A DNA stretch of 63,861 bases, counting the filler, from Licmophora abbreviata (Eukaryota): the NCBI GenBank assembly GCA_900291995.1. It is 13 parts of 13 records of this genome, joined end to end, with 100 filler letters (N's around TTAATTAATTAA, not from the genome) between each part and the next. Parts side by side here need not be neighbours in the genome. Positions count along the whole stretch, not along the records: positions 1 to 11,114 come from OLMU01002470.1; positions 11,215 to 16,470 come from OLMU01002471.1; 11 more parts are not named here. One strand, 5' to 3'. The notes under the pieces were generated by a model. That model did no database searches and was not told the DNA's origin. It was given only the letters and a program-made list of their open reading frames with translations. Shown one piece after another: positions 1 through 12,290 of the stretch. Position 1 is the first letter of the stretch; each line of letters begins with the position of its first letter. The translations under genes and the position numbers were made by a program.

Positions 1-338
1 GAAGCTCCGATTCTTCGACTTTTGGTTACTTACCAGCGCCAACAAGACGAAGTTTGAGCACAAACTCTTTATTCTTCTCAAAGAAAGCTTTTCCGTTGAG
101 GTTGGAGGCCATGTTGATGTACAGAGTGAAGAAGTTCTGCGCTGAGATTCGCTTGCCTTCGTGTGGGAAAAAGTGAGACATCACTCTCAACTTTGGAACT
201 CTTGACGCCACGGATCGATTGTACTGATTCCTACGTAGAATGGCAGTCGCGTTGGAGAACGGAAGTGACACACCCACACCGACAGGCTAACAAGCGAGTG
301 AAACTGGCTTCGTCGTCCTTCGGCGATAGTCGACACAT
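1..338 (-). CDS. Partial hypothetical gene running off the left edge
   Basis: Possible ATG at 338, short GT..AG intron 279-231, exon 230-34 (NQYNRS...LRLVGA) ending at a GTAAGT donor. No recognisable motif. Confidence 0.3.
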
Positions 339-484
339 TGAACATTCAACAGACTGTACTACGTTACCCTGCTGCAAGATGGAGCTACCTATTCATACGA
401 CGTAGATGTAAAGTTTATGATAACATGACTAGTCTACCTCTAGTTGCTAAACCTAACTTATAGGGAATGTAGACTCTAGGGTAG

Positions 485-2663
485 TTAACTTCCATTTTCA
501 AGTCCTAGCCCGTCTCCATGAAATTGCGCCCGGCAGCAGAGGCAAGGGACCGTGACATCGAAGTCGGCCCACTCCGTGCTTCGTTGAGCGGTAAGTTGCT
601 CATCTAGCTCCCTAACCTCGTCTCGAGTGTCTTCTCTTCCCATCGACACAGGCCCAGTCGCACAGCATGCTTTGTCATCCCCTGACTTGTTTTTGAGGCA
701 CTTGATCAGTCCGACCAAAGCCCACGGGTTTCGCGGATGGAATCTCAAGTCGGTCCGAAACACGTCTTCAGCCTCGTCGAAATGCCCTTGTTCCATCAAC
801 AGACCCCCCAAAGCGTGGCGGATTGGTTGCATTTTTCCCCATGGTTCGTCGTAGCGCAGGCAGTCCTGGAGCTCGACAGCTTTACGAAGCAGTCGAAACG
901 CATCGTCGTGTTTCCCTTCTTGATAGGCGATTTCGCCCCGTACCATTGGAGAGTTCACCGCCAACAGCACATCTACAGAATTGTTATGTAGAATTCGTTC
1001 CTTCGCAGACGGATCTTTTCGCAGTGTGTCGAATCGATCCGCTTCCTTCTTGGCAAGCTCAATCTCCCCCGTATTTGCGTACGACAGGGCACGAGCGAAA
1101 TGCAACGTGGCAGAACGATACAGCATCAGACGCTTATCTCTCGGGCGCTCCAACTCAAGTATTTCCTTCCATCGACCGAATCTCACAAGGACGTCAATAT
1201 CCAACGCAGAATACGACTCCAAGTAATTTGCAATTTCGGGGTGCTCGTGAAAGACATCTTCCGTCAAGAGATTGTTCAATCGTTCTGCCACTTCCGAGGC
1301 CCGGCTCTCCATTCCTCCCAATATCGCTCCATACACGAGCATGTGATAGTTATGAGCCTCGTACCCAAAAAAGAAAGACTCTGGCCCGGCGGTGTCCGGC
1401 GATGACTGCCTAACGTGATCGTCTGCCAAAATCGCGGCATAGTTGGAGCGCATGCATGACTCATAGTCACCGACGAGCACATCAATATGCGTCGGCATGT
1501 GGAGGAGATGACTCGCATGCGGGAAGCTACTCATGAAGCGCGTGGAGAGAAATGTGAGCCAAGCGGCGTGGCACTATCATTGTCTGCATGTTCTCGTCTC
1601 GACTTACATGGTCCGAAGTGGTTCGCATGCCGTCAACGCTTTGCCAGGATCAGCACTCATCTCGGAGAGATGCACGTACATATGACACAATCCGGCGTGG
1701 CGAGGGTGTATCTCGAAAGCCTTTTCCAAGACTGCGCGCGTTTCCTCAACATCCTTCGACAAGGGTTTACCTGTCGGATACTCGTAGAGCTCCCAGGCAT
1801 TCAGAACCATCAAGCTTTCGGCGAAGAAATAGACAACTTCGGCATCGGTAGGGTATCGTTCATAGACTCTGCGCATGGCCTCGGCATAGGGTCGACCGAC
1901 CGTCTCGCTAGAAAAATCAAAGTCAACTCCTGGATTGCAACACAGAATCCGAATCGCCGTGAGCATCTGCGTCTCCACATCACTAATGACCGTCATCTTC
2001 GACTGCGCAACTGATGGTGGACGCGATGCTTCTAGGGAAGAAGTAGAGTCCTGCCGCACCACTGCCGGCGAAGCACGCTTGCCCTTCTTTTTCTTACTTC
2101 CAGCCTTTGGTTTCCGATAAAGTCGTCGCAGCTCCTCCACCTTTTCGACTGCCATGCGCGAGTGCCGATCTGAAATTTGCTGACTCGGAAAGGTGCATTC
2201 GAGATCGGGGAGATTGAGTTCTTCTTCTCGAAAGGTGGAGCTATAATAAGGATCACCTTTGAAGTTATAGTTGGGTGAATGACACAATGCGATGCAGCCA
2301 TGTGCCAGGGCACAATAGGGCGAAAAACGCAGACAGGCTAGAAAACAACGCGACGCCATTTCGTGGTGGTACCCCAGCATGTACCGTAATCCCAAATCAA
2401 AGTACGCGCGGCCCAAATTTCGAGGGTCGGGACTGTCCACATTCGATACAAATGCGCGTTGGTAGTTTCCCAAGTCAATGCCGTCTAGCGATGGTAACGT
2501 TTCTCCCGACAAGTCTCGCTCGTTCTTGGCTGCTGCCGAGCTGGGAGCCTGAAGTGTCGTGAGATTTGCGTGAGGGTGAGTGATGGTCTGAGGGCACCGT
2601 CTCGTCTCTAAAAAACGGAAAACTTACCTCGTAATGCCAGTGGGGCTCTTTCATGGACACCAT
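485..2663 (-). CDS. TPR-repeat protein (YDEPW...QPxRHALG family, familiar from bacteria and fungi); 3 exons
   Basis: ATG at 2663; introns 2627-2549 (GTAAGT..CAG) and ~1607-1527 join ORFs 1604..2512 and 485..1534 in frame. Motifs HAGLCHMYVHLSEMS, HLLHMPTHID, YDEPWGKMQPIRHALGGLL, HPRNPWALVGL. Confidence 0.75.
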
Positions 2664-2910
2664 GGCTATTTGCAAGAGGAACGCCGTCTCGGACAACAGA
2701 CATGTAGACTATGTGGCCAACAAAGGCATCGCACAGACGCGACATACGGTGCGGCGATCGATTTCTTCATCTCGTCACATCTAAAAAAATCCCAAAAAAG
2801 TCTATCGTACCATCAGCTTACACGTGGAGGAAGTTTGAGGTCCAGTCCAATCTGAAATCGAAAGCTTTGCGCAACGGCGACAACAATAACAACATGAACC
2901 ATGATGACCG

Positions 2911-4206
2911 ATGACGGAACCACCGCCGACGAAACGACGAAAGAGCGGCCTCCAAAAGACGGGTGCATGTCCCCCAGATGACGCAGAGCTGTTACCGACG
3001 TTACGAGAGAACTTGTTTGGCGATCCGCCTTCATCGACGTCTCTGATCGATGCGATCTTCGGCGCGGGCGATGGAGACAGATGTATGATGCAGCCATCCG
3101 GAAGCCTGTGCGACGACAACAAGGTCGACGCGGCAGTCCAGGAACGAATCAAGTCGAACTTACAGAAACACAGTGTGCCGAGGCGACCAAACGAAAGTGT
3201 CCGGAAATCTGCTGCGGACACCTCACACAGATCTTCGTCGTCGGTAGACAAGATTGTTACTCAGAGGCGACGCCATTGGCCCCCCGAAGCGGTCGATACG
3301 GTATCTTCCATGGCACCATACGGAGACAACGTCGTTACGGATGAGGATATGAAGGTTCCTCTCGAGGAAAGGGTCAAAGAGATCGCGAGAATCGTACAGA
3401 CACATGGATTCGCCGTGGTCCGCAACGCAGTTCCGGGAACAGTCATGGACGAACTCTCGCGAGTCGCTTCACAGATACAAGACCAAGTATGCGAACGACT
3501 CGATGAAAAGGGCATTCAGTGGAGATGTGGTCATAGAGGATCAAGACAGGCCGAAACCTTTCGTTTTGTCGAAGTTGCCTCCCGATGTTCGGGTCGCATG
3601 GACGTTCGATATCGTACAGGACTACCACCATTCTCTGATCCCTGTATTGTCAAGAATGAGTCTTTAATGCCCATTTTGAACAACTTACTGGGAGGATCCA
3701 GCTCTTCTAAGTCCTCTGATGCACCCTTTCTCCCTAAACTCTTGTATGCGGGACTGATATTTTCGTTTCCAGGGTCCGACAACCAACCTTGGCATCAAGA
3801 CGGCATGCCATTGTTTCCCGAGTTGTCAGATCTCGAATTTCCCTCCTATGCCATGAACGTTTTCTTGCCATTAAGCGACGAGGACTGTTCTGTCGAAGCT
3901 GGGCCTACGGAATTCATCGCTGGTAGTCATGCCATGGAAGAACATGCCGTGATGGATGCGATCGATTCTGCTATGGCGAGCGACGACGATGCGGAACGGA
4001 CCAGCAGCGATGACGATGACACACCTGCTGCTATCATCAGTCCCATTCTGAGTCGGGGCGACGCACTGTTGTATGACTATCGAGTGTGCCATCGAGGGAC
4101 ATCGAACCTAACAGGACGTGTCCGGAGGATACTCTATCTAATGTACGCGCGCCCTTGGTTCCATGAACACATGAACTTTGGCGAGGATCGCCTATTTCGG
4201 TCTTAA
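2911..4206 (+). CDS. Phytanoyl-CoA dioxygenase (PhyH)-like 2OG-Fe(II) oxygenase
   Basis: 431-aa ORF with GFAVVRNA, QPWHQDG (HxD), GPTEFIAGSH, GDALLYDYRVCHRG (distal His) and a downstream Arg in RRILY. Confidence 0.85.
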   Translation: MTEPPPTKRRKSGLQKTGACPPDDAELLPTLRENLFGDPPSSTSLIDAIFGAGDGDRCMMQPSGSLCDDNKVDAAVQERIKSNLQKHSVPRRPNESVRKSAADTSHRSSSSVDKIVTQRRRHWPPEAVDTVSSMAPYGDNVVTDEDMKVPLEERVKEIARIVQTHGFAVVRNAVPGTVMDELSRVASQIQDQVCERLDEKGIQWRCGHRGSRQAETFRFVEVASRCSGRMDVRYRTGLPPFSDPCIVKNESLMPILNNLLGGSSSSKSSDAPFLPKLLYAGLIFSFPGSDNQPWHQDGMPLFPELSDLEFPSYAMNVFLPLSDEDCSVEAGPTEFIAGSHAMEEHAVMDAIDSAMASDDDAERTSSDDDDTPAAIISPILSRGDALLYDYRVCHRGTSNLTGRVRRILYLMYARPWFHEHMNFGEDRLFRS

Positions 4207-4569
4207 AATGAATAGAGATCACCGTAGTTAAAAGCAAGGATGGTCTTACCAAAATTGTGGGTGTATGAGTGTTAGCATTGTCAAGGTAATTGCCATGTTA
4301 ATTGTACATGTAAGCTACAGTGATAGTCTAGCGTCACAGCTTCAAAATCACATCATTCCCCACCGCATAGTGCAGCGTTAGGGGTTTCAACGGATACCGA
4401 AATGTCAAAAGGCGCGCCGGCCGGAAGTTGATATTCGACAGAAAGCCTGCTTTGGTCCAGGTTTGTTGAACCGGACCCAGACCAGACACAAACAACGCAA
4501 CCCAAGTGTGGTTCTTGACTGTTCCGATCACAAACCGCAAGACTTGATCGGCACAAGACGAACAAAGCC

Positions 4570-7500
4570 ATGGCGCCCAAGGTCGTTGACACCGATGAGG
4601 TCCAGCGGATCCTCGTTGCGGGTCGCCCAGACGAAACAAAATGCGACAACAAGATCACCACTTCTCGATACACGCTGATCACCTTCTTCCCTGTGGTAAG
4701 TGTAATTTTTGGCTCGTTGCCTGAGTTAAATCAGGCCTCTCGGCATGCAGGTTATGCATTTCCAGTAGATTGACCTAATTTGGGAATATCTGGGTTCATA
4801 TCGTGACTTTGAAATGTGAATATGGAGAGAAAGATAAGGAACTATTCTAAAGTCGGTCACACTGGACTTGTTTAATGACCAGCGCCAATACTTTCTCACA
4901 AACTATCCGACTACAAACCCTCTCACGCCTTTTTGTGCCCTGCACCCGCCCTACCTCCTCAGGCAATCAGAGAGCAATTTCGACGCGTCGCCAACATGTA
5001 TTTCCTCATCATCGGTATCATTATGTTTGTCGGCTACTACACAACAGCATTCGATTCGGCGATTTCGCCATGGACTACGTTGGGGCCTCTTGCCGTGGTG
5101 ATTAGCATCAGTCTACTTCAAGAAGGTTCAACCGATTACGCGCGTCACAAGAGTGATGATGAAACCAACAAACATCCTTGTGTCGTCCTTCGGAATGCCA
5201 GGGAACTCGACCAGGAAGAAAGCAAGAGAGAGCGCGACAAGTCCGTGCGGAAAGGCAAGGACGTTTCCGTCAACCTTCGCAAGGCCTACTTTCTTAATAG
5301 TACCCAGGTCGCCACCCCCATGGCTACGTCCGGAACTCAAGGAGACATTATGAAAGTTGCCTTTGAAAGCGTCCAGCGAAGGAACATTCGGGCTGGCGAC
5401 GTTCTCTTGATTCGAAACCGCGAAATGGTTCCCGCCGATGTGGTTCTTCTCGCGAGTAGCAACGATCGGGGCAGCTCGTACATTGAAACAAGTTCTATCG
5501 ATGGAGAGACGAACCTGAAGCTCCGGAACAGTCCTCACTTGCCCAAGGCGGTAGTCGAGATCATCAATAAGGAAAAGGGATTCGAGGTGTTTGACGGAGC
5601 TGAGGACTCTCACGAGTTCGAGTCTTTGGAACAGGCGACCAAGCGCATTGCACGAATGTCCGCTCTCGCCTTTCCGGAAGGAGAGAGTGTGCTCAACAAT
5701 CCAGCCAACCCAGAGACGACGGAGCAGGTCGAAAACGAAGCGACGGTACGACGACCATCCTCTTTGCTCGGTAGAATTGGCACCTCCACCAAAGCCGCGT
5801 TTGGAGCAGGCGTGGGAGCAGTGAAGGATAGGTTGCAAAATGGAGACGGTGACATCCAGGAAGACCATGTAGTGGAAGGAGAGACGAAGTTTGTGGCAGC
5901 TCTTTCGTCAGAACCTCCAAATGCATCCGTAAATACGTACTCTGGCAAGCTGACTTTACCGCCTGTGGAGCTCGGCGGGTCCGGAGTCGACATTCCCCTG
6001 AATGCAGACAATGTTCTGCTCCGCGGTGCGATTCTCCGGAACACTGAGTGGGCGATCGGATTGGCCTGCTTCACTGGTACGGATACGAAGCTCGTACAGA
6101 ACTCGTTTGAAACGCCGTCTAAGTTCAGTCAACTTGATAAGTTGATGAACACGACGGTCTTCATCATTCTCTTTGTCATGTTTCTATGCATTGTTTATTT
6201 GGCAAGCATGTCAGTTTACAACACCGACCAGAATTTCGATCAGCTGTGGTATGTATCTAAGAAAGGCTGTGGTCGCATTCCGCCGGAGCCTCGTTCATTA
6301 CTCACGTTTCGTCTCGGCTTGTTCTGTCTAGGTACCTTGGCCTCAATACAGATACAGCGGACAAGTGGCCGTATCTTCCCGAAAATTTTGAAGCACCGGA
6401 ATGGGAAACGTCCGCTGAGAACTGGGTTCAGAAGTTCTTCCTGTTTGTCACCCTTCTAACCAACTTCGTGCCGTTATCTTTGTATGTGACAATTGAGATC
6501 ATTGTGGTCGCGCTGAAGCTCTATATCAACTACGATATGGATATGTACCACGAGGGTACAGATACACGTGCACTGGCTCGTAGCAGCACTGTCACAGATC
6601 TGGGTCAAGTTCAATACGTGTTCTCAGACAAAACTGGAACCCTCACTCAAAACGTGATGCGATTCAAGCGGTGCTCGGTTGATGGGCTTGCATTCGGAGC
6701 TCCAGTTGAGAAAGCTCGTCCAGGCGCCAGCGTCGATTTCGACGAAGCAAATGCTTCGAGCTTCCACCCGTTGCGCCACCTTCTCGTTGGGCAAGTCGCG
6801 TTCTCTGCCGATCAGGCCCCAACCCGTTGGGATTCGCGCCGTCCGAGCGACGACCTTGCTCCAATGCCGGGCGGAGGCCTTGCACCACTGGGAGAAGAAG
6901 ACCTCAATGTGGACAACGAGAAGCTGGAATCCAATGGAAAATTGAGTTTCAACGCTGAGATGTTCTTGCGTGTCATGAGCCTCTGTCACACTGTTGTGGT
7001 AGAGAAAGATCTGGACAATATGGAGATCTTGCAACCAAGTCCGTCATCGGTCGGCTCCGAGACCTCCTCTGGTCGGTCCCGCCTTGGTTCATTGGCTAAG
7101 AGCCTTTTTGGGGGTCGAAAAAATACTGCTTCCTCTGCAGGCGAGCTGGAAGTGATTTCAGAGATGGAAGAGGGGAAATCTGATGCTGGGGAACGGCAGA
7201 GAGCCTACAGTACCGCATCCCAGGCGGCTCAGTTGAATGGTTCTGGCATGGGGGCGGACGGGGCGCCGATAGGATACGCTTATCAGGCCGAGAGTCCCGA
7301 CGAAGGCGCCCTCGTTCAAGCCGCCAGTACTACTTTTGGGTTTCAAGTGGTCAGTCGAGATGCGTCCGGTATCCAGCTGGCTTGCTCCTCACCATCTATC
7401 CTTCAGGATTCAGACATTACTGAGGGACTCAAGACGGGCAGTGTGACCGCTCAGCGGCTTGCCTCGCAGTCAGTTGCAAGTCAGACTCCGAAGTCATCGT

Positions 7501-10500
7501 CCGACATGGATCCGGATGCCACGCCGAAGACCGACGAGCCTCGCATGGAAACTTGGGCCGTACTAGCAGTCAATAAGTTCGACTCGGATCGCAAGCGAAT
7601 GTCGATTCTGATTCGATCTCCTCCCGAGCTAGGTTCCTTGCCCATTCTTCTCTGCAAAGGTGCGGATTCTTCTATGCTAGACCCTAAAGTCTGTATGGGT
7701 GTCGAGAGCCTGATGTCCGGAGAGGAGGAGGTGGACGAGATTGTGATGCGGAGCATTGAACTTGAAGTGCCTAGGCGAAATGAGTCGATGGTTAGTCAAC
7801 TGACTTCAGCGTCCGAATACGACAAGAGACCACCCGGGAACCCGGCGGCTGAAAATTTCGAGTCCACTGCCTTGTTGGGCATCCAAGCACACCTCGGTGA
7901 TTTTGCTTCGGAGGGCCTCCGAACGCTGGTTCTTGGAGCCAGAATTTTAACGGAGAAAGAATGTAACGACTGGCTTGCCACTTTCAACGCAGCGGCTACA
8001 TCGATTAAGAACCGCGAAGAGAAGCTGAAGGCTGCCGCCTTTGAGATTGAACAAAAAATCCATATCGTTGGCGCAACTGCCATCGAAGACAAGCTTCAGC
8101 GAGGAGTCCCTGAAACGATCGCGAAACTAGAAAAGGCGGGAATCAAACTCTGGGTTCTAACTGGTGACAAGCGAGAAACTGCTGTGGAGATCGGATACGC
8201 TACTCACGTACTCACCCCGAAGATGCATGTAACCGAAGTCGCTGACGGCAGCACCGGCCATGTCCGTGCACTGATGGCAATGGAATTCATGCGACTTGTG
8301 AAGATGGGGAAGCTAACTTCGTATCAACGAACAGCAATTGAAGGCGGGAAAGCTGGAGGCCGCTTCGAAGATATGAGCTTCAAGATTGGAAAGTCACGCA
8401 GAGCCGTATCGAGAGCCATTCGCCGCTTCTATCACAAGTTCATCAGGCCTTTCTTGTGTTTCTTCTGTGCCGTTCGCCACGAAGAAGGAAAGAATCCTGC
8501 TATCCTACGGATTGACTTAGAAGAAGAGAAAGAGTGTAATATTTTGAAGGAACGGGAACGCAAGAAGAACGTGAGGGATCGCGCTGAGAAGATCGTGCGT
8601 GAGTACAATTCTGGCGCTGGACCGAAACACGCCAAACATGGCGAAATGGACGATGACGAGCTATCTCTTACCTCCGATGACCGACCAAAGGTTTTCACTC
8701 GGTCGCAGACTGCGAAATCTGTCATGGAGAAGCGTCGAAGCCAAGGAAGCATGAAGAGTACTGAGCTGAGGTCGCTTGAGCTGGCTGAGATCACGGCACA
8801 ACAGGCAGCTGAAGGGCCTCTTGTCGAAGAGGACCTCTTATCTTTACGCAGTTTTTTCCCCGGAAACGCAAATGGCGAAGGGAGCTTCGACAGAAGAAAA
8901 CGAACTTTGCTCGAACGCGCATTTGCCGTTGACCATGCTGTCAGACATGGGACGCTGGTGAAACATCTTCACAAGGACAAGCTTCAAGCAATCGACGAAG
9001 GTGAGGAAGGTATTGATCGCGAGGGCGACAGTTTGGACGATCGAGAAAAGCATACATCACTCGAAACGCCTCGCGCGATTGTAATCGAAGGTGCCGCCCT
9101 TCATCATCTTCTTGGGGATCCTGAACTCGAGGAAATTCTTTTTGCTGTCGCGAGCTGTTCAGTATCTGTCATCGCGTGCCGAGTAAGTCCCAAGCAAAAA
9201 GCTCTACTCGTGGGGCTAGTACGGAAGAACGTATCGCCAGAACCCGTGACTCTTGCGATCGGCGATGGAGCGAACGATGTCGGAATGATCCAAGAAGCGC
9301 ATGTCGGCGTTGGCATTTCTGGCTTGGAGGGGCAACAGGCGGTCAATGCCTCAGACTTCGCCATAGCGCAGTTCCGCTATCTGGAGGAGCTCATGCTCGT
9401 CCACGGCAGATGGAACTTTTTTCGGCAATCGACTGTCGTTCTATTCTCATTCTACAAGAACGCTGTCATGGCTGGGTGCCTGATCGTCTTTCAAGGAGAG
9501 ACTCTTTATAGTGGCACGCCGCTTTTTGATGAGTGGCTCATTGCTATGTTGAACTTTGTGGCGGCCGCTCCGATTGCCTTCCTTGGCTTCTTCGATCGCT
9601 GCTTGGAGAAAGACTACGTAAAGGAGCACCCAGAAGTGTACGCTCCCGGTCGGAACAACGAGCTCATGACGTTCCGCGTTCTTTCTCGCTGGATTATCCT
9701 CGTTTTCGTTCACATCTTCACTTTGTTCTACTTCACGGTGTGGCCTCTCAAAGCGGGCGGCGGGGTAACGACGGCTTGGGTAGGACAGATGAGAGACGAC
9801 AAGGACGATCCTCCAGGAGATGGCCAAGGTGGAGACCTCAAGAGTGTTGGTACAGTCACTTTCACTTGTCTTGTTATTTTGCTGGGATACAAGGTGAGTT
9901 CAAGCGGTATTGTCTCGTTCCGTGGTTATGGATTCGGTGCTCATGTACTGCTACTGCAACACAGGTCCTGTATGAATCCCGCTCGATCCTGCACGGGCGT
10001 TGGCCTGCCTTCACATGCCGAAAGGGCGTTGGAGAAGGAGCGTACAATCGGCTCGCTTATACGTGGATAGGAGTGTTCTTCCTCTCGTTTGGTTTTTACT
10101 TTTTTGCATTATACGTTTACTCGGTACGTGTCCGATACTCATCGATCGCATGCTTTTTTTTATTCGAAATTCACATTCATTCTCTTGTTGCGATATTGTC
10201 TGCAGTTTGTTGGACAAAGTGGCCCTTCTCAGTTTTCCCAGTTTGTCGACGTCCCCTTCCATGTATTTCACACGAGATCTGTTCATTGGACGGTCATCAT
10301 TTTCGTCCCAGCAATGGGCATGGTGTTTGATGTCACTGGAAAGGTCTATGGCAACATGTTCTTCCCTACACAAACGCAGATTCATGTGGAACGCCAAGCG
10401 AAGTTGCTCGCGGGGAAAAGTTTGGACCCGCCGCTGGGGGAGAAAACCGAGACCTCATCCCCGCGACAGTGGGCAATCGGGGATCAATCATTTTCGGCGT

Positions 10501-10502
10501 GA
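4570..10502 (+). CDS. P4-type ATPase (phospholipid flippase); 5 exons
   Basis: Motifs DNKITTSRYT, DGETNLK, DKTGTLT, YQAESPDEGALV, FDSDRKRMS, TGDK, GDGANDVGMIQ. GT-AG introns 4696-4962, 6249-6331, 9894-9964 and 10124-10205. Confidence 0.95.
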
Positions 10503-10616
10503 GTCTCTAAAGTGAACTTGTCTTCTTCGGAAATAAGTTATTGTGAATACAATTTGTTTTGTGTTTAGTGCAATGTCGCACACCATCGTATAGTTGCTGC
10601 TAGTAGCTTTCTCCAC

Positions 10617-11999
10617 TCATAACCGAAGCGAGTCTCGTGCTGCATCGAGTTCACCTTCACCGTCTTGACCTTCAGAAGCAGTCGATGTGGTTCCCTTGGC
10701 TGGCGTGGTCGACTCTTGGCTTCCGGCAAAAGTCGCTGCGGGTGGCGGCGTGATCTTGTCTGTAAGAGGCATCACGGTTTCTTCCTCGCCATCGGCTACA
10801 TTTTCGATCTCACCAAGTTTCTCCATTACATCACACCGCAGACTCCCCAACGATGGAGGGTAGAATCCAACCATTGTATCATCCTCAAGTACCATAGGCT
10901 CCAACGCCAAGACCCCGGCTTCGACTCGCAGTAGCTTATCTTCAGTCGGCATCCACGCCAGTCTACACAGCCCCGCCTCTCCGTTCGTCACGACACGCGG
11001 TCCCTGGAGCAGAATGCTCCCAAGGCGCAGCGACCATGCGTTTGGAGAATCGCCCGTCGGACGCCCATGCCATGAATCTGCTTCTTCCATCTCTTCAATC
11101 GCCCATCCACGGTCNNNNNNNNNNNNNNNNNNNNNNNNNNNNNNNNNNNNNNNNNNNNTTAATTAATTAANNNNNNNNNNNNNNNNNNNNNNNNNNNNNN
11201 NNNNNNNNNNNNNNCCACGGTCACCGGTGCTCGGGCCCCACGTCCAGCTGGTCCCGCCCCAGACGGCGCGCCATTGAAAGGGCGGGACTGGGCGGTACAG
11301 AATCGGATTTCCATCGGCTGGTGGGTCCTTCTTTTCAGTCTCGGGCGTTGGAGGATCATCTCTCAGTGCTTCTCTCGACACAAGTGTACGAAACAATTTA
11401 AGACCCTGCGGAGGACCTGATCCTGGTTCGATTCCAGCTTCCCACACGGGAGCGTGCTGAAACAGGACACGTACACGGGCATCGCCATACGACAAGACCA
11501 TTTCTGTCGCCATGACACCACTCTTGAGAAGCGATGGGCCATTCACCATACTAACGGAAGCAAAGCGACTCTTGTGAAGCTGGTCTGGGGTATACTTGGC
11601 AACAGGGAGGGACTTAACCTCAAAGGAGTCGAAGCAGTTGACACAATCCGAACGCTTGGCGCCGACGACGATCTTGTGTGTTTGCTGGATACTGTTTTCA
11701 TCGTCGTCGTACGCCAATTCAACACTGGCTAGATTCTCGTCCATCACATCACCAAGATAGTCATAGCTAGTCCAGATTCCCTTCCAAGACCCTCTGGCGT
11801 GGTGCTTCTTGAAGAGATCCCACTGCAGCGCAGAAGAGTCTTCTTGTACAGTCGGTGTAGACAACGCGAGACGGGTAGAAACACGGCCAGCTACGTTCCT
11901 CGATTGAAAAGAAAAGCAATCGGTACGAACTAAGGCAGTTAGTAGAAGCAGATAGAGTATCAGGGCCCCTCTGGGAGCAAAATAGAATGAACAAGTCAT
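10617..11999 (-). CDS. Probable plastid-targeted protein, DUF3598-like; spans a false assembly gap
   Basis: Signal-like N-terminus (LILYLLLLTALVRTDC-FSF). ORFs 11163..12056 and 10617..11090 join in frame once the 8-nt overlap CCACGGTC across the linker is collapsed (GPSTGDRGWAIEEMEE). The domain call rests on resemblance (GSWKGIWTSYD) only. Confidence 0.65.
11115..11214. other. Artificial contig linker
   Basis: 44 N + TTAATTAATTAA (stop in all six frames) + 44 N. Confidence 0.98.
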
Positions 12000-12290
12000 C
12001 TTGGAGCTGTAATACTGTTGCTGCCTCTCGTCTCGTCGTTGTGTTTGTTGATCCATCGTCGTCGCAGATCGGATGGTTCAACTTCAACGTCGTACAGACG
12101 ATCCCCGTCGACGTAGAGACGCAAGGTCATCGCCATAAGAAATATGGATGACTACTGATAATAATTTTTGGCAAAGAATGACTCGACTGTTCGATGCCCA
12201 CAAAGTGAGAGCACCAAAAGACCTTTTTCTAGTGCAAAGTCGTTTGGAACCTCATTACTTGTTCAGTCTAGGCAGCTACAGATTTCCTCC

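Noticed and set aside
9533..10330. 265-aa ORF overlapping the ATPase end
   Set aside because: Only 9965-10123 is a real exon of the P4-ATPase; the rest is off-frame or intronic.
11159..11170. Recurrent TTAATTAATTAA (12 copies) as a biological repeat or CRISPR-like array
   Set aside because: It is always centred in 44+44 N. This is an artificial six-frame-stop contig linker.
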